A stretch of 64,000 nucleotides of DNA from Trueperaceae bacterium (GTDB lineage: Bacteria; Deinococcota; Deinococci; Deinococcales; Trueperaceae), in assembly GCA_965213705.1 (NCBI GenBank), contig OZ243913.1, forward strand, positions 480,001 to 544,000. Reading direction: 5' to 3'. The notes beneath the pieces are model-generated. The model ran no database searches, was not told the origin of the DNA, and saw only the letters and a list, made by a program, of their open reading frames with translations. Positions 56,715 to 64,000 of this stretch are shown piece by piece; within the stretch, counting starts at the first letter, position 1, and the number at the start of each line of letters is the position of its first letter. Made by a program: the position numbers and the translations under genes.

Positions 56715-58955
56715 TCAGTTGAGAATTTCGCTGAACTCGAGGGCTTCGGCCGCCAACACGAACGCCGTGGTGGGCAGGTCGGCGGTTCTGGCACTCAAGT
56801 CACGGTAGTAGTCCACGTAGCCGTCGCCCTCCGGCGCGCGCATACCGAGCAGGACTAAGTCGGCACCCGCCGACGAGTCGCGCAAAATCGTGTCGAAAGC
56901 CCTGCCTTTGGCGACCAGCACTTCGGCCACCGCGCCGGTGCGAAAACCGCCGATGAGAGTTCGCAGGTTCATTTCCGCGTCCTCGACACCTGTGGGGTCG
57001 TCGATGACGATTTTGACCCGCACCTCGGCGTCGCGCCAGGCCAAGCTCGTCTTGAGGAGGTAAGCGAGCGTCATCATCAGTCCGCCGTTGCCTTTTAAGC
57101 CGCCCCACCATAGGTCGATGCGCTTTCTCTCGCCGAAGCCCCGCTCCGGGTCGGCCTTGACGACTATTAAGTTGCGTTTGGCCCGGTAGATGTGAGCCAG
57201 CAGACCGGTAAAGCGCGCCAACCGCTCGGCCGTTTCGCTGTGACCGAGGACAATCGTGTTGGGTTGCAGCGAGCCGAGGCCGTAGGCGTCGATGAGCATT
57301 TCTTGACCTGCGAAGGGGTCGGCCGCCTTGGTAACGCGGAGCAGGGCCTGCACGCCGCGCTGCTCTAAGTAGTCGCTCAGGGTCGTTTCCAGGGCGGCCT
57401 GACGTTCGGCCGAAAGCGAGGTGTCGGTGACAATCGTCGCCACGCTCAGCAGCGCCCGGTTGTGGGTGATGGCGTTGGCGAGGTCGATGAGGTGCCACCG
57501 TTTCGTCGGCGCGCCTGACATCACCAGCATGTGCGGCCGCCAGTTTTTCGCGTCGGGCTCGTCGCGGAGTTGCAGCAGCCCGGCGCGCGTCACCGCCATC
57601 CACAGCCCCTGGCGCACGTCGCCCCAGGCGGTCTGCAATTCGCGGCGCTCGAGCCACACGTAAATCCCCAAAATCACTATGACGGCGACCAGGGTCGCAA
57701 GCCAGTTGATAAGGACCATCACGAACACGCAACCCGCCGCGCCCAAGAGCGACAAGCTCCAGTGAACCCGGAACGTCGGCCGGAACGAGGGGCTGCCCAA
57801 CAGCCGCTCGACGGCCGAGACGACGTTCACCACGCCGTAGGTGGTAAGAAAAAACATCGTCAGAATCGGCGCGATGAGGTTCAGGTCGCCCAGCGCCACC
57901 GCCGTCAAGGCCACGGCGAGAGTGATGAGCGTGCCGATGCGAGGTTCGTCGGCGGGACCGCTGCCGCGCCCCAGCACGCGCAGCGGGCGCGGCAACACCC
58001 CGTCACGCGCTAAAGCTTGCAGGATGCGCGGCGCGCCCAGGATGCTGCCCATCGCGCTCGAGAGCGTCGCGCCCCACACCCCTAACAAAATCGCGTCGCC
58101 CCACAGCGCCATCTTGCGCATGATGAGCGGGTCTTCGATGAGAGTCAGCGCGTCGGCGCGCAGGCCCAAGAAAATAGGCAGCGTCATGTAGATCACGTAG
58201 CCGACGCCAATCGCCGCCATCGTCCCAATCGGAATCGACTTTTGCGGGTCTTTGAGGTCGCCTGACAAGTTGACCCCGGCCATAATTCCGGTCACCGCCG
58301 GGAAAAACACCGCGAACACCGTCCAGAAAGGTTCCGAGTTGCGCGGGGCCGCGCCGAACAGCTCGAGCGAGGTCGGCTCCAACCCGTGTCCGAAATAAAA
58401 CGACAGCAGCGACACGCCGATAGCCGCCATAATGACGTACTGGCTGCGAATCGCCGTTTTCGCCGAGACGAGCGCCAACCCGGCGACGAGCACCGTCGTG
58501 ATAATTCCGACCGTGCGCTGGTCGAAGTTCGGAAAAATGGCGACGAGGCTCTCCGCAAAGCCAATCGTGTAGAGCGCGACGGAGAGCGCCTGCGCAAAGT
58601 ACAAAGGAATTCCCACCGCGCCGCCCGCCTCGATGCCAAGTGAGCGGCTGATCATGTAGTACGCGCCCCCGGCCCGCACCCGCTGGTCGGTGGCGATTTG
58701 CGAAATCGACAACCCCGTCAAAAAAGTTATCGAGGTCGAAATGGTCACGATGAGGAGCGTGCCCACCAGTCCGGCGTTGCCGACTACCCAGCCGAAGCGC
58801 AGGTACATGATGACGCCCAGAATCGTCAGGATGGACGGCGTGAACACCCCGCCGAAAGTTCCCAAGCCCGCACCCGACGACGCCACGACCGCTTGCGGCG
58901 CGGGCGGCGCGTTATCCCCGCCAAACCGAGAGAACAGTGATTTAAGAGGCTTCAT
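56715..58955 (-). CDS. cation-chloride cotransporter (SLC12-like, APC superfamily)
   Basis: GTFGGVFTPS.LTILGVIMYLR, GGAYYMISRSLG, FFPAVTGIMAG, KNWRP, GLGSLQPNT, IDLWW. Confidence 0.88.
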   Translation of the reverse strand: MKPLKSLFSRFGGDNAPPAPQAVVASSGAGLGTFGGVFTPSILTILGVIMYLRFGWVVGNAGLVGTLLIVTISTSITFLTGLSISQIATDQRVRAGGAYYMISRSLGIEAGGAVGIPLYFAQALSVALYTIGFAESLVAIFPNFDQRTVGIITTVLVAGLALVSAKTAIRSQYVIMAAIGVSLLSFYFGHGLEPTSLELFGAAPRNSEPFWTVFAVFFPAVTGIMAGVNLSGDLKDPQKSIPIGTMAAIGVGYVIYMTLPIFLGLRADALTLIEDPLIMRKMALWGDAILLGVWGATLSSAMGSILGAPRILQALARDGVLPRPLRVLGRGSGPADEPRIGTLITLAVALTAVALGDLNLIAPILTMFFLTTYGVVNVVSAVERLLGSPSFRPTFRVHWSLSLLGAAGCVFVMVLINWLATLVAVIVILGIYVWLERRELQTAWGDVRQGLWMAVTRAGLLQLRDEPDAKNWRPHMLVMSGAPTKRWHLIDLANAITHNRALLSVATIVTDTSLSAERQAALETTLSDYLEQRGVQALLRVTKAADPFAGQEMLIDAYGLGSLQPNTIVLGHSETAERLARFTGLLAHIYRAKRNLIVVKADPERGFGERKRIDLWWGGLKGNGGLMMTLAYLLKTSLAWRDAEVRVKIVIDDPTGVEDAEMNLRTLIGGFRTGAVAEVLVAKGRAFDTILRDSSAGADLVLLGMRAPEGDGYVDYYRDLSARTADLPTTAFVLAAEALEFSEILN

Positions 58956-59261
58956 CGTAGTTGGGAAAAAGATATAGGTTGAGAGGGGGCATAGGCAGAA
59001 AGACATTGTAACGTCCTCAGCGCTTCAACATGACGGGCTGCTTGACGAGGTTTCCGGCTGAGGCGTTTTTCGCAGGCGAAGGTCTCGGATCTGTTTCGTG
59101 TTACGCAGCGCTGAAACAAAGTACCGAGTGGAAAGTGCCGAGTACAGAGTCAAAAACAATAAGAAGTGTCGTTCGTTTTTGTAGTTCGTAAAGACTAAAA
59201 ACCAAAAACTTTAGCTTCCCTGCTCCGGCTTCCCGCTAAGCTTGCATGGTAGCCTTGACTT

Positions 59262-60806
59262 GTGGCGGTAACTTTCCCCTTCAAAACGTATCGCAAGGGC
59301 CAAAAAGAAGCGATTGAGGCAGCTCGAGCCGCCTTTTCTCGGGGCAAACGCTTTGTGGTGCTCGAGGCCCCGACGGGCTCGGGCAAGTCGGCCATCGCGG
59401 TGACGCTGGCGCGCGAAGCTACAAGCGCCTACGTCCTGACCGCCCAAAAACTGCTCCAAGACCAGTACCTCCGCGACTTTCCCGACTTAGCGCTCATGAA
59501 AGGCCGCAGCAACTACCCCTGCCTCGTCGCGCCGACCCACGCGGCCGCCGCGCCCTGCATCGCCGGGCGCAAGTTCCCCGAGTGCGACGACTGTCCCTAC
59601 TTCAGCGCCAAAGACACGGCGATGGCGGCGAGCGGCACCATCCTCAACTACGCTTATTACCTCGCCGAACTGAACTATTCGGGCGGCTTCGGCCCTCGTG
59701 ACCTCCTCATCCTGGACGAGGCCCACAACGCGGAGGCCGCGCTGATGGGCTTTATTCAAATCACCCTGTCCGACACGGCCATGATGCGCGTCGGCATTCC
59801 CGAGCGCTTGCCCACGGCGATTGACGACTTGGAGTATTTTGACTTCGCCGAGGACGTTATGCCGCTGCTCGGCAGCCGCAGCCGCGAGATTGAGAAACAG
59901 GTCAAAAAGGATAACCTGACGGGCGATTTAGCCCTGGCGCAGATGCAGAACAAGCAGTATTTAGACAACCAACTCAAGCGGCTCGAGCTGCTCAAATACA
60001 GCCGCGATGAGGACTTCGTCGAGTGGGTGGTCGAGCGCGGGCGCGGCGGTGACGGCCAGTGGATTTCGTTCAAACCCGTCAAGGTAGCTTCGTTCGCCGA
60101 GCCGCTGCTGTTCGGTTTCGCCGACCGGGTGCTGATGCTCTCGGCGACGATTTTGGACGCGCCCACCTACTTGCGGAGCCTCGGCATCGAACCCGACGAG
60201 GCCGAGGTTATCGGCGTCGCTTCGGACTTTCCGCCAGAGAACCGGCCCATCTTTTTGCGTCCGGTGGCGCGGCTGACCTGGCACAATTTAGAAAAAGACC
60301 TACCCAAACTCATGAAAGAAATCGTCGACCTGTTCGAGGCACACCCGAACGACAAAGGCGTCATCCACGCGCACTCGTACAAGATTTCGGGCTACATCGC
60401 CAAACACCTGCCCAAGCCGTACCAAAAACGCCTCGTCACCCACTACAGTTCGGACGGGCGCGACGCGGCGCTGGAAAAACACACGACCAGCCGCGAGCCC
60501 ACCGTCCTCCTCACCCCCAGCATGACCGAGGGCATCGACTTAGCCGACGACCTGAGCCGCTGGCAAGTCATCTGCAAGATTCCTTACCCGTACTTGGGCG
60601 ACCCGCAGGTCAAACGCCGCAAGGAAATAGACGCCGCCTGGTACGACTGGCGCACCTGTTTAACGGTCGTGCAAGCCTATGGCCGCAGCGTGCGGAGTGC
60701 CGACGACTTCGCGGTGACTTACGTGCTGGACGCGGACTTTCCGGCGTTTTTGAAGCGGCAGAAGAAGCGGTTGCCGGGGTGGTTTTTGGAGGCGGTTCAC
60801 GAGTGA
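59262..60806 (+). CDS. DinG/XPD-family Fe-S DNA helicase
   Basis: EAPTGSGKS, four Cys in NYPC..PC..ECDDCPY, DEAH, SAT, EGID, QAYGRSVR. Confidence 0.9.
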   Translation: MAVTFPFKTYRKGQKEAIEAARAAFSRGKRFVVLEAPTGSGKSAIAVTLAREATSAYVLTAQKLLQDQYLRDFPDLALMKGRSNYPCLVAPTHAAAAPCIAGRKFPECDDCPYFSAKDTAMAASGTILNYAYYLAELNYSGGFGPRDLLILDEAHNAEAALMGFIQITLSDTAMMRVGIPERLPTAIDDLEYFDFAEDVMPLLGSRSREIEKQVKKDNLTGDLALAQMQNKQYLDNQLKRLELLKYSRDEDFVEWVVERGRGGDGQWISFKPVKVASFAEPLLFGFADRVLMLSATILDAPTYLRSLGIEPDEAEVIGVASDFPPENRPIFLRPVARLTWHNLEKDLPKLMKEIVDLFEAHPNDKGVIHAHSYKISGYIAKHLPKPYQKRLVTHYSSDGRDAALEKHTTSREPTVLLTPSMTEGIDLADDLSRWQVICKIPYPYLGDPQVKRRKEIDAAWYDWRTCLTVVQAYGRSVRSADDFAVTYVLDADFPAFLKRQKKRLPGWFLEAVHE

Positions 60807-61180
60807 AGATGGGCTCGAGCCGCTTCTATAAAGTCTTCTGCGCGATTGAGAGTATCGTTCAGCTCGTCCAGGTCGGTTTGTGCGTAGAAATCATAGTCGC
60901 CCTCGAGCCGTAAGCCTTCTGCACTGATTAAACTCCGGTGATGAACTTGCCAGCTTTTGTCGTCTTTGGCAAATTCCCGCCCGAAGGCAGCTATGACGGC
61001 GCTGTGCCGCTTGAAGGTCAAACCTTTACTCAGCAGCAATGCAGTAGCTGCATAAAACATAGCGTAGTACACCCTAGACGCGGCAAACTCAGGAAACGTG
61101 TCTCGAAGCTCCCTAGCTGCGTCTAAACTTTGCTGCGCTTTTCGTAACGCTGCTTGTTCCGGTGACAGAGGTGGAGTCAC
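60797..61180 (-). CDS. HEPN domain protein
   Basis: SRVYYAMFYAA, RHSAVIAAFG, RLEGDYD. Confidence 0.88.
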   Translation of the reverse strand: MTPPLSPEQAALRKAQQSLDAARELRDTFPEFAASRVYYAMFYAATALLLSKGLTFKRHSAVIAAFGREFAKDDKSWQVHHRSLISAEGLRLEGDYDFYAQTDLDELNDTLNRAEDFIEAARAHLHS

Positions 61181-61485
61181 AAAGCGATGGCGTCTCTACG
61201 CACGTTCTCGGTGAAAGGCGTGTTCCACCCCCACCGTTCCCCGTCCATCACAACGACGCTGATGTAAGGTGCGCCTTCGCAGACAAGATTTGAAACGATT
61301 TCGGCGGAAACCTTTCTCACCGCGCGGCGTAACTCGGTGCGGGTCACAACAAGAACGTCAGCGTCCGAGTCGGCCGCCGCGTCGCCCCTGGCCCTCGAGC
61401 CGTAGAGAAAAACAGCCTCGACGCCCGCGCCGAAGCGTGCGAGAAGCGCACCTTTAAAGCTTTCCAGGGCGAGGTCGGTGGACAT
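61177..61485 (-). CDS. minimal nucleotidyltransferase (MNT)
   Basis: GS-x10-DxD (YGSRARGDAAADSDADV); GTGA overlap with HEPN. Confidence 0.9.
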   Translation of the reverse strand: MSTDLALESFKGALLARFGAGVEAVFLYGSRARGDAAADSDADVLVVTRTELRRAVRKVSAEIVSNLVCEGAPYISVVVMDGERWGWNTPFTENVRRDAIAL

Positions 61486-61509
61486 AAGTCAATGTAGCAG
61501 TTTTTGAGG

Positions 61510-62340
61510 TCACAAAAAAGTAAACACCGGCGTCTCACCGACCACGGCAAAGCCCAACTCGGTATAGAGCCCAAGCGTCTCCTCACCGGCGTGAGCGTTG
61601 ACGGTCCCCAGCGGCGCTTGCTCGCTCATTTTTTCCAGGGCGTAAAGGAGCAGCGGGCGCAATGAGGCCAGCTCTCCGCTGCTTATGACGATGTTGAAGA
61701 CCGTTTCGTCCATCCTGGGCCTGGCGGGTTGGTTGACGGCGACGAGCGCGCTGAAGTCCTCGTCGGCCAGCCACAACTCCGGTACAAACGTTCCGCCGCC
61801 CCCTCCCTTCACCGCGTCCCAAGGCCAAGGGTGAGGCGTCAACGACTGGTAAAGGTTCTTGAACATCTTGTCCAAGCTCTCGGTCCAGCCGACGACTTTT
61901 TGCGCTGAGTGGACGGCGGCGGCGTTCAGCAGGCTCGAGGACATCTCAAAGTCCGTCGTTCTGGTATAGGAAAGGGCCTCGAGCACCGCCTCCAGACTTT
62001 TCCTCACGCTGGGTCGGTACGGCCCGAAATGGACGCCGTGCGGAACGCCTTCACGTTGCAGACCCGTGAAAAGCTTTTGTAGATGTCCGGTGTCGCTGAA
62101 GAAAATGTCCTGCAACCAGCCGCCTTCGTAGACAAAGCAGCCCGCTTGAAAACCGTCGGCGTCGCAGACGACGCGAAAGTCTGCGACGAAGTCCCGCAAG
62201 TCCTCGTCCGAAAACCCGCTCAGCCTCTCATGAGCGTATTGAACGGGGTCGGCCTGGTTTAGAAACCTGCCGTGAGCCTCGAGGTAGCCCCGTATTTCGG
62301 CTGTGTCGTTTAAACGTTTGTAAGTTGGGGTGCTCGGCAT
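61510..62340 (-). CDS. hypothetical protein, possibly degenerate tandem GNAT fold
   Basis: ATG 7 nt after TAAAGT; C-terminal LGLYTELGF resembles a GNAT motif. Confidence 0.6.
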   Translation of the reverse strand: MPSTPTYKRLNDTAEIRGYLEAHGRFLNQADPVQYAHERLSGFSDEDLRDFVADFRVVCDADGFQAGCFVYEGGWLQDIFFSDTGHLQKLFTGLQREGVPHGVHFGPYRPSVRKSLEAVLEALSYTRTTDFEMSSSLLNAAAVHSAQKVVGWTESLDKMFKNLYQSLTPHPWPWDAVKGGGGGTFVPELWLADEDFSALVAVNQPARPRMDETVFNIVISSGELASLRPLLLYALEKMSEQAPLGTVNAHAGEETLGLYTELGFAVVGETPVFTFL

Positions 62341-62431
62341 AGAGGTCACTTTATCTCGGCAAGCCCCTCACTTTTTCAGATGAGAACAACCAGTTTAGCG
62401 AACTCCCGACTGCCGCGCCTCAACGTTTCGC

Positions 62432-62761
62432 CTAAACCAACTGTAACAGCCACAGCGCCCCCATCCCCACCAAAAGCGTCAACAAAATACTTCTGCTCCG
62501 CCAGGCGACGACGAGGGCGATCAAACCCGCCACGAGCCGGTCGTTTGACGGGCTCAAAAACAGCTCGCCGCTCGGGTAAACGAGGGCGGGCAACACAAGT
62601 GCCGACAACACCGCCGCCGGGACGAACCGCAGCGCGCGGCGCAGGGCGGGGGGCAGCTCGAGCCGTCCCGACAGCGCGATAAACGAGTAGCGCAGCCCGA
62701 AGGTGATAGCGCCCATGCCAAGGATGGTGAGCCAGACGGTACCGGTACTCAGGTCGGTCAC
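62432..62761 (-). CDS. azlD: AzlD family membrane protein
   Basis: TFGLRYSF, LRFVPAAVLSAL; GTGA overlap with azlC. Confidence 0.88.
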   Translation of the reverse strand: MTDLSTGTVWLTILGMGAITFGLRYSFIALSGRLELPPALRRALRFVPAAVLSALVLPALVYPSGELFLSPSNDRLVAGLIALVVAWRSRSILLTLLVGMGALWLLQLV

Positions 62762-63504
62762 GCGGCGCGGGCCTCTGTCAGCAACCCCGCGCCGATGCCC
62801 GCGAACGCGCCCAAAACGAGCCCTAAGTTGTTCGGCAAAGGATAGGCCAGCACCGCGACGACGCCGCCGACGAGCGCCGCGGCCGCCGTGGGGCGGTCGG
62901 TGACGTTGGGAAAAACCATCGCCATAAAAATGAGGGGCACGGTAAACCCGAGGGCGAGGCTTGCGGGCAGTTGCGCCCCGGCGAACACGCCCACCGCGCT
63001 GCTCAGCACCCACACTATCCAGGCGGGCGCGGCGACGCCCAGGTAGTACAGGCGGCGGTCCGGCGGCTCGTCTTTTTGAAAGCGCAGCAGGCTGAAGGCG
63101 AAGGCCTGGTCGGTGAGCAGGTAGGCGACGAACATCTTCCAGGGGTTCGGCAGGGCGCGCACGTGCGGGGCGAGAGTGGCGCTGTACATCATCATGCGCA
63201 GGTTGATCATCAGCGTGCCGAGCCAGATGACGGCGACGGGTGCGGACAAGCCGATAAGTTGCACCGCGGCAATCTGCGACGCGCCCGCGAAAACGACGAA
63301 CGACATGGCGAAGGCGGGCAGCGTACCCATGCCGACGCTCGCCGCAGCTACGCCCGACACCAGGCCGAAGGGCAAAATACCCAGCAGCGTGGGCGCGATG
63401 TCGCGCAGGCCCATAGCGAGGCTGGTGCGGGCCGCAGGTGTCAGGCGACCGTTTGTCCAGACTGAGTTGGCAAGGTTCAGGGTTTTGCGCCGACGCCGGC
63501 TCAC
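62758..63504 (-). CDS. azlC: AzlC family branched-chain amino acid exporter
   Basis: MSFVVFAGASQ, INLRMMMYS, LTDQAFA. Confidence 0.92.
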   Translation of the reverse strand: MSRRRRKTLNLANSVWTNGRLTPAARTSLAMGLRDIAPTLLGILPFGLVSGVAAASVGMGTLPAFAMSFVVFAGASQIAAVQLIGLSAPVAVIWLGTLMINLRMMMYSATLAPHVRALPNPWKMFVAYLLTDQAFAFSLLRFQKDEPPDRRLYYLGVAAPAWIVWVLSSAVGVFAGAQLPASLALGFTVPLIFMAMVFPNVTDRPTAAAALVGGVVAVLAYPLPNNLGLVLGAFAGIGAGLLTEARAA

Positions 63505-63983
63505 TCGAGCGTCGTCGGGTCTGGGGTTGGGGCGAAAGGCAGGTGCGTGGGGCGCTCGAGGCTTGTCCTCAGCACCATCGTCGTCTGGGTGCGCTCGACG
63601 CCGTCCAGTACCACCAGGCGGTCCAAAAAGGCGTCCAGTTCCTGCGTGCTGCCGACCCGCACCTTGGCGACGTAACTGTAGTCGCCCGCGACCGCGTGCA
63701 ACTCCTCGACCTCGGGCAGGTTGACGAGGCGCTCGACGAGGTTCGCCCCAGGGTTGCGGGGCTGCGGGATGATGGCGACGAAGGCGCAGATGGGTAAACC
63801 CAGCGCGTCCGGGTCGAACACCGCGCGGTAACTGCGGATGACGCCCCCCTGTTCCAGTTTGCGCACCCGCTCGCCCACCGCCGGGGCCGACAACCCGACC
63901 GCCTTGGCGATGCCTGCGTGCGAGGCGCGGCCGTCGGCGCGCAAGATGCTCAAGATGTGTTGGTCGACGGCGTCGAAGGTCAT
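63501..63983 (-). CDS. Lrp/AsnC family regulator
   Basis: DGRAS..IAKAVGLS..ERVRKLE..GVI HTH; VAGDYSY; ATG 7 nt after TATACT. Confidence 0.95.
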   Translation of the reverse strand: MTFDAVDQHILSILRADGRASHAGIAKAVGLSAPAVGERVRKLEQGGVIRSYRAVFDPDALGLPICAFVAIIPQPRNPGANLVERLVNLPEVEELHAVAGDYSYVAKVRVGSTQELDAFLDRLVVLDGVERTQTTMVLRTSLERPTHLPFAPTPDPTTLE

Positions 63984-64000
63984 GGGGTCAAGTATACGAA

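Overview
GC-rich bacterial chromosomal segment, most consistent with Deinococcota (Truepera-like). This is inferred from gene content and from many TANNNT hexamers placed directly before start codons. From left to right: a PIN toxin, serB, an oxidoreductase, a NitT/TauT-type ABC transporter, menA and glgX; then a ~20 kb minus-strand myo-inositol uptake/catabolism run (ABC, iolG, iolD, iolE, iolA, iolC; no iolB). That run is interleaved with co-oriented, often AT-richer cargo: a TerY-P triad, a UvrD helicase with a nuclease-like insert, TA modules (one intact, two decayed) and a toxin/immunity-like pair bracketed by a duplicated GNAT 3' end. Next come rplU-rpmA-obgE-yqeK-LCP-rsfS-yraN-trpF, ending in six perfect DnaA boxes with no dnaA in the window; an acyl-CoA carboxylase; a MurNAc recycling locus (anmK, murQ); and a DEAD-box helicase with a long structured leader. 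The right end holds a Pel/galactosaminogalactan-like polysaccharide cluster (Agd3-like, PelF-like, two GH114-like), a cation-chloride cotransporter, a DinG-like helicase, MNT-HEPN and azlCD-lrp. The palindrome CTCGAG is strongly over-represented. No rRNA, tRNA, CRISPR array, integrase or transposase was recognised. All family calls come from motifs read by eye, not database searches.
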